Shown: positions 1 through 10,723 of the stretch, piece after piece
Position numbering within the stretch: the first letter of the stretch is position 1
Layout of the letters: every line of letters begins with the position of its first letter
Origin: Ramazzottius varieornatus
Lineage: Eukaryota; Animalia; Tardigrada
DNA: 64,000 nucleotides
Assembly (NCBI GenBank): GCA_001949185.1
Contig: BDGG01000014.1
Coordinates: 297,587 to 361,586 of the forward strand
Direction: 5' to 3'
Translations under genes and position numbers: made by a program
Notes under the pieces: model-generated
Databases searched by the model: none
Told to the model about the DNA's origin: nothing
Seen by the model: the letters and a program-made list of their open reading frames with translations, nothing else

Positions 1-1639
1 CGCGCAGCAAGAGCTGAGAAAAAATATGCCCGAATTACGAGTGAGAAACCACTATGCCCGAATTATGTCGTTTACCTCGTACCTGAAGCTATAAAGTGGG
101 TACTATCATTCAGGAACTAACTTTTTTGCGGTTTCTCAAATTTTTCAGGAGACTCATCTTTCGTTTTCGCGCTCAAGTGTCCAACTGAGGGTATTCATGC
201 CTGTCCACAGAGAATTTAATGGGCTATCAACCGTGTGTGATACATTTTACGTCCATCATCCGGGTACAAAGCTAGGGAGGAAGTAGACTGACAAGGAAAT
301 CCAGTATTGCATTTGTTTACGAGCGTGCCGCGAAACGTCATGTGCAGACGTAGAGTCGAACTTCGGTCCGGTTATGATACCTCAGCAATCCCGCCGGCGA
401 TTTATAACGTAAATGATGACGTCGAGGGCATGCTCGTAAGCATGAGTGCGCATTCGGCACAAGGGAAAAACATATGATTTGAAATACTGAATCTTTCTCG
501 TCATACTGTCACCCAGTCATTTCTTTTCTGATCTGCCGTATACAGTGCGGCCCCGCCAAGTTTGTGCAAGAGTTGAAAGTTTTTGTGCAGTTTTGAAAAA
601 ATCGCTCCTGTCCTTCGGCCAAAGGTATTCCGTTCGAAATCAGTTCAGATGCAAGCAAACGCATCTGACTTTCTGACTAATCACAGTTTCAGGTCCACTC
701 TTAATTTCTACGCCGAAACGAAATTTTTGAAATAATCAGGGTTTCCCGGTAAACCCGAAAATTTCGGACAGAACGTTCGGTTGCCTTTCGGGATTGAATA
801 GTAGATTATTCTCTTCAGCCTCGTCGGACATCCTAAACCCTGGCTCATCACTTGCGGCCAATTTGGTCTCTGGAGATCGACTGTGGGGACCTGTAGAAAA
901 ATATTCGTTTATGGTTGGGAACTCTCATTACCGCCAACAGCTCAAATCGAGTTTGCGAAACGACCGTTGCCGATAGAACAGCAACCCCCATCTCAAAAAA
1001 GGCAGCATAAGCTAATGATTGGACTTCAATGATTGGTTTGGAGGAAAAACTTGATCTGAATCTTTCACAAGACCTAGGATTGAGTTGCACAAACTTGGCG
1101 GGGCCGTACTGTAGTACTACCAGATAGCTCGAATGTTGTCTACGACCTCACGTCAAGAACGCGAGGTTCAAGGGAATCGCGTAAACGTGAGTTTCTATAA
1201 ACGTGTGTCTTTAAACGTGTGTATTCCTAATAATCCATTCCTTTTTGTATTCCGTTCCTTTCCAGGAATTTCTGTCCGTTTCAAGTGGTATGGATTTGGA
1301 ACGATGGAAATCCCGTTTCAGAAAACTGGCAAAGTCTGGAAATTTACTAGGAATTCCGCTATTTTCCATATTCTGCGAACAGAGTGAGCGTCTTACTTCA
1401 TTAAATGTCTATCGAAATCTCACAAAGGTGTGCTCCATTGGACGCACTATCAATTTCTACTGCGTGACGGAAAACAGGAATATATGAATATTAGAAATTC
1501 CTGTCCTGTTTCTCCTTCCAGGAGGGTTTGGCCTGGAATGCACAATCTTATCTACTGTACTTGACAGTAACCCATGTATTCGCTTTAAATTGCATTTATT
1601 CAAAGATCGTGGAAGTACCCCTTTTAGCTAAGGATGAGC

Positions 1640-2064
1640 ATCCCGCCTGACCTTCTCCCTGGAATGAATTCGGAGCTGAAATTCTGAATTCCGTTCCGTC
1701 CTATTTTCCATTTTCCAAAACGGCCAGATCAAGAATCGGAATTTAAGTGTTGTATCACATAAGCAAAAAACCAGCCAGAAGCTCGAATTGGACCCGGCTG
1801 ACGTTTTCCCAAATGACGCACGCGTTGTGCCGCTCACCTGCGCCACTTCGGAAAATATTCTTGTCGAATTTGCTTGACGAGCTTTTGGTCACCGAGTGGA
1901 ACTGCAGCGATTGTCGCAAAAGCAGCAAATTCGCTGTGGAAACTGAGTTTTTACAAGCGGAATTCCGGTCTGACTGGCACAGTACAGTACTCCGATTCGG
2001 AATTCCAGCGCTTCAGGTCAAGCTCAGCCGGAAAGGACCGGAATTCCTGTTTTCCAGGCGGGAT
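1640..2064. mobile_element. MITE-like element with short terminal inverted repeats (ATCCCGCCTG...CAGGCGGGAT) and GGAAT/ATTCC-rich interior; contains a degenerate copy of the GTGGCGC hairpin element at ~1810-1849
   Basis: Inverted ends at 1640-1649 and 2055-2064; repeated ggaatt/aattcc motifs, also at 1230-1510; no credible ORF. Confidence 0.5.
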
Positions 2065-3000
2065 TAGGAACGGGGCAAAAGCGGAATGCGCATCTTTATA
2101 CTGTAAGCTGCTACAGATTATTCACTGACGATGCTTGAATTATTTGGGCGTATCTCTTTACAGGAACAAGGAATTGGCGGGGAGATGAAAAGGAGCTGTA
2201 CTGCACCAGTCTGATGCGGCACACACTTGGCAGACAATCAGCTGTCCCGAAAGCCCTCAAACCTTGGACATGCGTCGAACATCAAGGCAGAGGCTCTATT
2301 CAGCTGGTTGAGTGGTTTATTTCTTGAATCTTTGATGTCATCCTGCTCGAAGTCAGCATGTCATACAGTCCGACCATCTGTGCTTCACACTCTACGGCCA
2401 TACTTTTTGCCACGCTTTTGTATGCGTACTATAATAGTACAGTCCGCTCGCTCGAGATCCATACACTGCCTTCCGAATTCATTTTGAGGCCCGCTATAGA
2501 CTCACCACACAGCATGCCAAGCTTAGGGCCAAAATTACATAACACATGCCCTACAGTGCCTACACCGTACTTTAACTGGCGTGATCAAGTAAACAAGTCG
2601 CTTGTGTCCGGCTGTGTTGGCATGGCGAGCAGTATCGTTAACCTTGCATGATCTTCCCATTTTGGAATCAGAAAAAATTGTACGGATCTCGAGCGAGTGG
2701 ACTGTATGACGATTGCGGTGAAATATCCCACCACCTGCAAGGGCTGTTAGCCTCCCTGTCACTCTCGTAACTCGCATCGGTACGAGCTCGTACCCGGAAC
2801 AATTAGGGCCTCGTGATGATGCGCGAGGGACCGGATGAATTCGTTCAGCCACTCGATCTAATTACCGCTCCGAGGTACGTATTCCAGTTTGATAGTAGAG
2901 GCGGGTATTTTCTTGAAACCTGTGGGAAGTTATACATCCGAAACCTTTTATCTGTGTCTACCGAAAATATGAATGTTGTCACACTGTTCCTCCAGACATT

Positions 3001-5424
3001 ATGTCGACCATGTCGATTACCGATGACTCCTTCACAACTTCCGCTTGGTTACTGATTTTGCTTCCACTCTTGTCGAGGGCTGCGCAGTTCAACAACAATT
3101 GCAGCAGTAGCCAGCTGGACCTGCCGTTGATGTTCAACGAAACACTACCGTCCGGAAGACCTCGCGTTCATTTTGTGTCCTTCGTCGCTTATTACGTTCC
3201 CTTTGTCATCGCGGCCATTCATGTGGCGGTGGAGGACGCCCGAAGACGGTACCCCGAAATTAATTTCACCTACTCGATCTACTCTAATCCCAGCGACCCC
3301 AGCTGTGATATCTTTGACGGGGCGGTCCCCGACCATTTAGCCCGATATTATTACAAACTCAGGGAGGCTCCGGACTCTGACGTCTATCTAATCGTCCTCA
3401 CCACAGGTAACTTTCGTCTTTCCTTTTGTCTTCCGTTCAATTGGCGATTCCGTTTTTAGGGTGCCGAAGAGGCTCGACCGGAATGGCCGATTTAGCCAGA
3501 GGTACATAACTCGGTTATACCTAAAGCGCAATTACACGCATGGCATGTTCCGAATCCAAAGGTCCTAGCACTCATGTCAAATTTTACTGGTGTTTTTTTT
3601 GCAGAATGGAATATTCCGATCGTTGTAAGGTAGGGCCATGAACTCTTTTCGTTTTGGCCGTCGAATTCTTGGCAGTTGGCATCTGGTTTTAGTGCGGGGA
3701 GGGGGAGTGATTTGCGGAACAAGACGCGCTACCCGTCGTCAGTGGGTCTCATGCCAGCAGACTTCGGCACTTACGCCCATGTTTTTCGCCATTTGATGGA
3801 TTGGTACAAATGGCGGACCGTGATAATTATCTGTGACCCGATGGCCATTGACATGCAAGGTGCTTCCTACAACAACGACTACCGCCAGATCTGCGATACC
3901 TGGGCCAGTATCCTGAACAACAGTGGCAACTACTACCAAGTTTACACCCTGACTGCCGACCTCGGTCAGGGAGGCTCACGCAGAAAAGTTTTGCTGGAAG
4001 CTCATACACGCTGTCGACGTACTGACCTCACCACTAGCTTAATCCCACGTACAGGAACGCAACCATAATTTTACAGAGTATCACCTTCTTTGTAGTGCTG
4101 GCGATAATAACGCACATGGATCGTCTTCGCCAAACCATGGTAAAGCGTACACGTACCATCTTCGTTACAGTTTATTAGTAGCAATCAGGAGCCTCTTTTT
4201 GCTCTTCGCAGGTGGAGGCATACCGTATGAATATGACGTCGCCTGACTACGTCTACCTGTCTTTCTGCTCATACAATGTGCCGGATAGCTTTGAAGGAAC
4301 GCCGCACTGGTGGCGCAACGACACCTTGGACAAGGTCTGATATCTGCCCGTATACGTATTTCGAATTAATTATTAATTTCTTTCAATAACGTACTTGTCT
4401 CTTCAGGAAGCAAGGCTTGCTTTCACCAGCCTACTAATTGTGACGTTGGCGAACCCTCCGTCGTCAGAAGAACTGGATGCATATTATGATACTGTGCGGA
4501 ACGTGTCTCTTGCGCTCTTCAACACATCGGACGTTTTCTCCGACAATGTACTGTGGCGTAGTCCTCACTCGTGCAACTTACTTCGAATAGATAATTTAGT
4601 TTCAGGTATGCTGTGTTGTAGGGTAAAATTTTCGGAGTGGCGACGCACACGGCTGTGCACGTCACCACTCAGGTTTTTGCCGACAACCTGTGCGCGTGCC
4701 CAAGAAGATTACACGACGGGACAACGTTTGCCATGTCGATGGCTAATCGGGTGTTTTCCACGATCGAGGGCCGCTGCAAGCTCAACCAAAAAGGGAATCG
4801 GCAAAGCGTTTATGCTGTTATTGGCGCCACCGGCAACTCTGACGTCTTAGCGGTCAGAAATCAGTTTCAAACATCATAGTGCCCAGTTATAATGGCTGAA
4901 CTGATTTACAGGAAGTTTTTTATTATGACTCCGCTGATCGACGATTCTATTCCTCGCCGCAAAGAAAAACCTGGATAAGAAACAGCACAGCTACGCCTCA
5001 TCGTCCATTCTGTGGATATCGTGGAGACGAAGGTCCTTGCGGCACAGGTAACATTGAAAAGTCGGCGTATATTTCCGCTCTTGACTGGCCTCGATAAATT
5101 GACAGGGACGTCCGCGGCATTGATTTTGCTGGGAATAGTTTTGGCCGCCTTCGTACTAGTGACAACACCTTTCGCTGCAGTGATGGTCGTGTCGAGGCAA
5201 GCTATCGAAACTTGATAGAGTTCAAACTGATAACTTTTTTTCACCCACCTGTTTTTTGCTCCAGGAGGCGACATATGCGCCAGATAGTTCGCTTATGGTT
5301 TTTGGACGCGGCAGATCCTTTGCTGCCGTGTGAAACGAACCATTACGGCTTCAGCTTTTTGCGCCCTTCTGTTAACATGTTTAGATCTTCCGCCTCTAGA
5401 TCCTGGAAATCGGTACAAACCTGA
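3001..5424 (+). CDS. Multi-exon natriuretic-peptide-receptor/receptor-guanylyl-cyclase-like protein: ANF_receptor-type extracellular domain, one TM helix and a short cytoplasmic tail, with no kinase-homology or cyclase domain
   Basis: Signal-like WLLILLPLLSRAA; IAAIHVAVEDARRRYPEINFT; RNKTRYPS; LMDWYKWRTVIIICD; ANRVFSTIEGRCKLNQKGNR; juxtamembrane PHRPFCGYRGDEGPC; TM ALILLGIVLAAFVLVTTPFAAVMVV; tail ends ...WKSVQT* at 5424; GT-AG introns of ~55-100 nt. Confidence 0.8.
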
Positions 5425-5728
5425 TCAAACTTTGTCATTTAATAGATATAGTGCTCGATTACTGCACGTACTGACTATCCTCCGTCAAAAAACGCACGAA
5501 GTGATCACAAAAATCTGGCTTTCAAAACAAGTGATCGTTTATTATTTCCAGCCAAAATTTGACCAGACGTATAGACTGGAAACTTCACAAAGATTGTCCT
5601 CGACAGAAAGAATGTCAATGTCACTACAAAATTTGGTATTGTAATTCACAAAGGCCGGAAACTGTAAACGCCTTTTTCCGAAGTGATAAGTGGAATTCTT
5701 ATTAATTTTTTGGTAGGCGGCAGAATGT

Positions 5729-6554
5729 TCAGGAAATTATACATGAATAGCGTTTAGGTCGGTATTCTTTGGGGAAGAGTACTGATCTGACGGACTCCTC
5801 GAAGACCGTCTTGAGTCCCTTCTGTGTCAGGGCCGAGCACTCCAAGTAGCGCACCGCGCGGATCTTGTGCGCCATCTTCAGGCCCTGTTCTCTCCTGATG
5901 GGACTGTGGCCACTTTCCGCCAGATGCTCCAGCATTGTTCGGTCATCCCGTAGGTCCACTTTGGTTCCCACTAGTATTATCGGCGTGTTCGGACAATGGT
6001 GATGTATTTCAGGATACCATTTCAGCAGGACGTTGTCGTAGGAGGAAGGCGAAACTACGCTGAAGCAGACCAGAAAGACATCCGTCTACGAACAAACATT
6101 CCAGAATATTAACCAAATGCTTAAAAATATTCTAACCTCAAAACCGAACTTCGCGGTGAAAGTTTTAAAAATTCGAGCGCAGAGATATCTGACTTGGGGA
6201 TAAGAAAGTGGCCTCAAGCGATCGTAATCTTCCTGTCCGGCAGTATCCCACAACCCGAGGTTGACCAACATATCATCCACTTTTAAGGCTGCCGAAAAAT
6301 TGTCGAACCTGCGAAAAAACTGTACATTAAATTCCCGAAACACTTTACTGTCCGTCACGGAAGTCAAATTTCAGAAAAAGCGCAGAATCATAACAACAGG
6401 ATGAAGTAAGAAAGGCAGTAGGAGGTAATTATACTTACACGGTCGGTACATATTCACCCGGGAAGCTGTCCGTAGTGTAGGAGATGAGCATACAGGTTTT
6501 TCCCACCGTTCCATCGCCCACCACCACACACTTTACCGGTCTTCCCACTGACAT
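5729..6554 (-). CDS. Mtl: Rho-family GTPase, Mtl/MIG-2 (RhoG/Rac-related); coding exons 6554-6439, 6308-6194, 6085-5729
   Basis: [43 protein letters not shown]; [22 protein letters not shown]; GTKVDLR; [13 protein letters not shown]; CAAX box CIIS*. The [19 protein letters not shown] variant is typical of Mtl/MIG-2. Confidence 0.92.
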
Positions 6555-7688
6555 ACTTCTCTCCTTAATTATATCCACAGCCGCTTCAACAAGAAAAATC
6601 GGGAGAGGAAATTGACTGCTTGTCAAAAGCTGAAAAGATCAATAGGCCCAGATCGATCAGCGCGTTTCACAGTACCATTATCCTCTATGGACCACCAGAA
6701 TATTTCCACATGCTTTCCCACAAAACCAGATCACAACTAACAGTCGGTCCAAAAATAAACGCTGGGAACGTGTCGGTACAAATTAGCGTTGGGCAGTAGT
6801 GGAAGAGTTTGTTTTCGACACAGTCCGGGCTCTTGTTTGAGAAATGCTCCTCATTTGGAGCAAATGGATAACATACACACATGCCTATCTTTCAGCTGCA
6901 CTAACATCATCTCGCTTTGATGTGCTGGTGCTGCTGCTGCTCATCGCGTCTCTTCGGCCCGGGCTATTTGCTTCGGCAGGTCAGGATTATGCGTTCGTAC
7001 ATGAAATATCGATTTCTGATTGTGACTGGTCAAAATGACCAAGGCAACTCATACATTTTCATTGAGGGCCGCGATGATCATCACGATGAGTCAGTCAGAC
7101 AAACTTTACAGTAGCTCTACACGTACTGCTCTAATGATAACACGCCATGGATGTACTCTTCCGCCTACTGTATAGCAGATGGCCAGCTTCCGTCCAACGG
7201 CAAAACGGAAGCTGCGCTGACGGGCAGCTGTATGGCAGAGGGAAATTGACAAGCTTTCCAGAATTAAAATGGACCGGCAATAAATTATGGAACAGACCAA
7301 ACAAACAGGGCTGATCACACTGCATTGTCAACCAACTGCAATCTGCTTCCTGCTGCTGTACCAGCGCTTGGCGTAGTCGTGCGAGTGTAATTCTGGACGC
7401 TGTTCCAGCGGTGGCTTCCGGCTCCAGGCAAACCTGTCAAGTATGACCTAATTTGTTCTTTACACTTTGTCGATCCAGAAAACAACGTCGACCATCGAGC
7501 GATGCCACGTTTTCGATGTGGAGGGCCAACTACCGATAAAAGGTTCGGCAGTCTAAACTTCTGATACAACTGTAGACAATGGTCAAAATAAAAGGGAAAA
7601 AGCCAGCGGAAGAAAAAACGGAAACCAGAAACTTGAAAGCGCAATACAGCGCGAATCATTCAAGCCGAATGAGTTAGGTTTTTCCACT

Positions 7689-8630
7689 TTATTTTTTCTT
7701 GGGTAAATCAAGAGAATATCTCCGGAAAACCAAGTCTTGTATTCGAGTGGACAGCCAAGGTACCAAGGTTCCTCTGACACGCGCCCAGTGGGAGGCCGCC
7801 ATGTAGCGAGGTTTGATCCGCGATGACGTCACAGCTTCCATGGTGACGTCTACGGGCTCGTTGACGTGGGGACTGGCGGTTTCGGCCAGCTTGGGCCAAT
7901 GAGCTTTCAAGGCTTCCAGGTAGTACCAGCCGTAGGCATGTTGGACACTGGCTGGGATCGATCCCCAGTACTGGCCCAGTTGAGCGACGACGTTCTTTGT
8001 GTCGGCTATCTGAGTTCTGTAACTGGCGGGCTCAATTGTGCTAACTAGAGCAGAGAAATGTATTTTTAATATTTCACTGGACCCACGTAACCCAAATGGA
8101 GGCCGGCAAACGATACGTTCAGGATCGCTGTCCCAAGTGGCGCATACTACCCGTCAGTAACAGTGTGTGTGTGTGCGTCACTCGAACACTCGAACAAGAT
8201 CGCTTTTCCCAAGTGGCACACTTTACCAGCCAATAACAGCAGGACCGTGCGCCACTTGTATTAAAGATCTTGCGCCCTTCGTTGGCCGTCCAGCCGAATG
8301 TTTCAGCCACTTCGTGTGGCGTGTGGATCGTTACCCGTTATGCCAAACTTTCTGAGTTCGCGCCGAAGTCCATCACCCAGGGCGATCTGGGCGTGTTTTG
8401 TCATACTATAGCCAGTGAAACCGGGCACCACATATCTTCCTACAGAACGGGGCGAACATCATGGAAGTTCAGACTGTCGGTAGGCGCAACCACAAGTTAC
8501 AGCTACAGATACTTACCAGCTAAACTGGCCATGATGATGAGACGACCTCGAGCTTCCCGTAGTAGCGGCAAGAAAGCTTTCACCACTCGGATGGATCCCA
8601 TGCAGTTCACATCGATCATGTTCCAAATGC
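7689..8630 (-). pseudogene. Short-chain dehydrogenase/reductase (RDH/HSD17B6/BDH1-like), C-terminal half only; exons ~8630-8517, 8439-8335, 8044-7689
   Basis: Spliced translation MIDVNCMGSIRVVKAFLPLLREARGRLIIMASLAG-RYVVPGFTGYSMTKHAQIALGDGLRRELRKFGITV-STIEPASYRT...AVTSSRIKPRY has the YxxxK catalytic motif. There is an in-frame TGA just upstream with no AG acceptor, and no TGxxxGxG exon was found. Confidence 0.72.
8103..8272. repeat. Palindromic GTGGCGC hairpin element, doublet, in SDR intron
   Basis: caagtggcgcat(8134)-27nt-gtgcgtcactcg; caagtggcacac(8210)-25nt-gtgcgccacttg. Confidence 0.85.
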
Positions 8631-10285
8631 ATGAAAGTTGTCATTACAAACATTGTCACAGAAGGAGCGAGAAGTAAAAAAATACTAGCGGCTAACATGG
8701 AAAGTATATTATTCCTAGCTGGCGATGTCGTCCATAAAACCTTTCTCAACATACTCGGAGTACTACTCGACGGCGCATTTACGAACCTTTGATTTTTCCA
8801 TCAGAACCATCCAGATGGCCAAAAGTGGTCGAATCAATTCAAAAAAATTTAATGGTTTGACGAATAAGGAGTGGAAATTACAGAACTACCCTTCTCTTAT
8901 ATGGCCGACTTCGGTTGCCGGGTACTCCGACAAAGTATGACTGTATTGGACGACGTCTAGGTAACTGTACGATCCTTCCCGCTGCCTAGAAAAGCCACTT
9001 GTTATTTCTCACCCATTCAAAATGCCTTCGGATACTTTGTCACCCTGCCGAAAGATTTCGAGAACAGATGATATCGAGAACAGAATGGCAGTCAGCAGTC
9101 GTGCGTATAGGCTTGACCACTTCCGGGGGAAGTTACCGGACGAGTACTGACCACTCTGCGTTGCTGTTGCAACAACACCATTACCTTAGTCCATTATCTT
9201 TGAACTAGGATGACACTGAGCTGAAGAACAAACCCTCTGTCGATTCTCCCGACTTTGCTCCTCAAAGGGAACGAATATTTCTGATGGGAATTCTCACGAG
9301 AATTTCACTCTCAACTTGTTCTCACTTTTGTGATCTCTCAGATACACTCCGCCCAAGCCAACTTTCTACCACCTGGCATTTCGACGCTGAAAAATTCAAA
9401 GTACGACCCCAGCATTCATGCTTCCACACGTTCCGTGCAGTATTTGAAGCTGCTTCGACTGCGCTATGATACTTCTTACTATAATGGGAAATAGTTCGAA
9501 AAAGTTGAGCAGTGTGACTTCCGGTGGGGAAGACATACCGCAGCAGGTAGAACGCTGTACGCAAAAATTCCAGGTGGGAGTTTTCATCCCCGAACTGACG
9601 CAAACAAACTTACAACTGTGTTGGTGGTCGGAAAAAATCAAGAGCAGGAAAGCTCCAAACGAACTTGCCAAAGGAATTAAAACCGTCGAATTCCTCCGTC
9701 TTACCGGGAAGACTCTTTTCTGGCAAAATTTCTAGCTGTATTCCAGGACGGCGGTTTTTGAACTTTGGACCTCTTTTCCAGTAGTTAAATGTTTGTTCTA
9801 ATCAATTTTAACCAACGTGCCACAGAATGTCAAAGGAAAACTGAAAGGTAATTTTTCGAACAGAGGTCCAAAAATGACAGAAGTTGTTGCATTTTTCACT
9901 TTGCACCTCCCCGAGTTTAATTTCGATCCTGACTTTCTGTGCACGGATTTCTGGCCGGTAAAATTCTTGGAGGTGGCAAATAGAGTGCTAGACCAAGAGA
10001 AATTGGTTTCGAAGTGGAACTCGACTCGAGTCGAGACAGCCCTCGATTTAATGAGTGGTAGCAAGCTGGCTTGGGCGGGCTGTACAGGAAAATTAACACT
10101 TACAAAGGTAAGTTGGCTTTTTGAAGAACGGTCCTAAAAATGTTCCTTGATGGCTACGTTCAAATAAAATAACTGTTGTGCGAAAATCGAAGAAATATCG
10201 CTGGAAAAACAGGATCGGAAAATACTAACGAGACTGTGGCAGTGTTCCGCAACTTCCGTTCAAGACTATTAATCCATTATACGGT

Positions 10286-10723
10286 TCAGAGATTTTCCAC
10301 GGCTTTGTCGATTTTGGATACGCTACTGATCAGCTTCTTCCACTGATCCGGGTTCAGCGCGATACCTTTCTTCCCCGGACGCATTTCTCCGCTGTCTCGA
10401 TCCATGTAGAATTCGCGGATGTCGATCAGAGGTTTGCCTTTGAATTCGCGGACAGCCAAGAAACGGTTGCCACCCAGATCGATCTTCAACTCACCGTCCT
10501 CGTCTTCCGCACTGGCTTCACGTTTGCCTTTGGACTTCTTGCTGGAGGACGAGGAGGCCTTGCTGTCTTTCTTGTCCGACTTTTGACGCTTAGCATCCTT
10601 GGAGGAGCTCTTCTTGGGCTCATCGTCCGAGTCGGAGGCTGAAGAAAATTCACGCTTCATCTTCTTTGCCGGTGTGCGCTTGTCGTCGTTGCCTGACGCG
10701 TCGCTGGAGTCGGTGTCCGACAT
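10286..10723 (-). CDS. SUB1: Transcriptional coactivator PC4/SUB1 (p15)
   Basis: Ser/acidic/Lys-rich N-terminus then PC4 domain IDLGGNRFLAVREFKGKPLIDIREFYMDRDSGEMRPGKKGIALNPDQWKKL; ATG at 10723 follows an acceptor. Confidence 0.93.
   Translation of the reverse strand: MSDTDSSDASGNDDKRTPAKKMKREFSSASDSDDEPKKSSSKDAKRQKSDKKDSKASSSSSKKSKGKREASAEDEDGELKIDLGGNRFLAVREFKGKPLIDIREFYMDRDSGEMRPGKKGIALNPDQWKKLISSVSKIDKAVENL

Noticed and set aside
5729-5743. CIIS CAAX box as unusual for a Rac-like GTPase
   Set aside because: Non-Leu CAAX endings are normal in the Mtl/MIG-2 subfamily.
8513-8752. 79-aa ORF resembling a type II membrane protein
   Set aside because: It is an alternative frame over the SDR exon.
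9484-10137. Plus-strand ORFs (MGNSSKK..., MPQNVKG...) as a gene
   Set aside because: They are interrupted by stops, with no convincing splice path or homology; at most an unclassified remnant.
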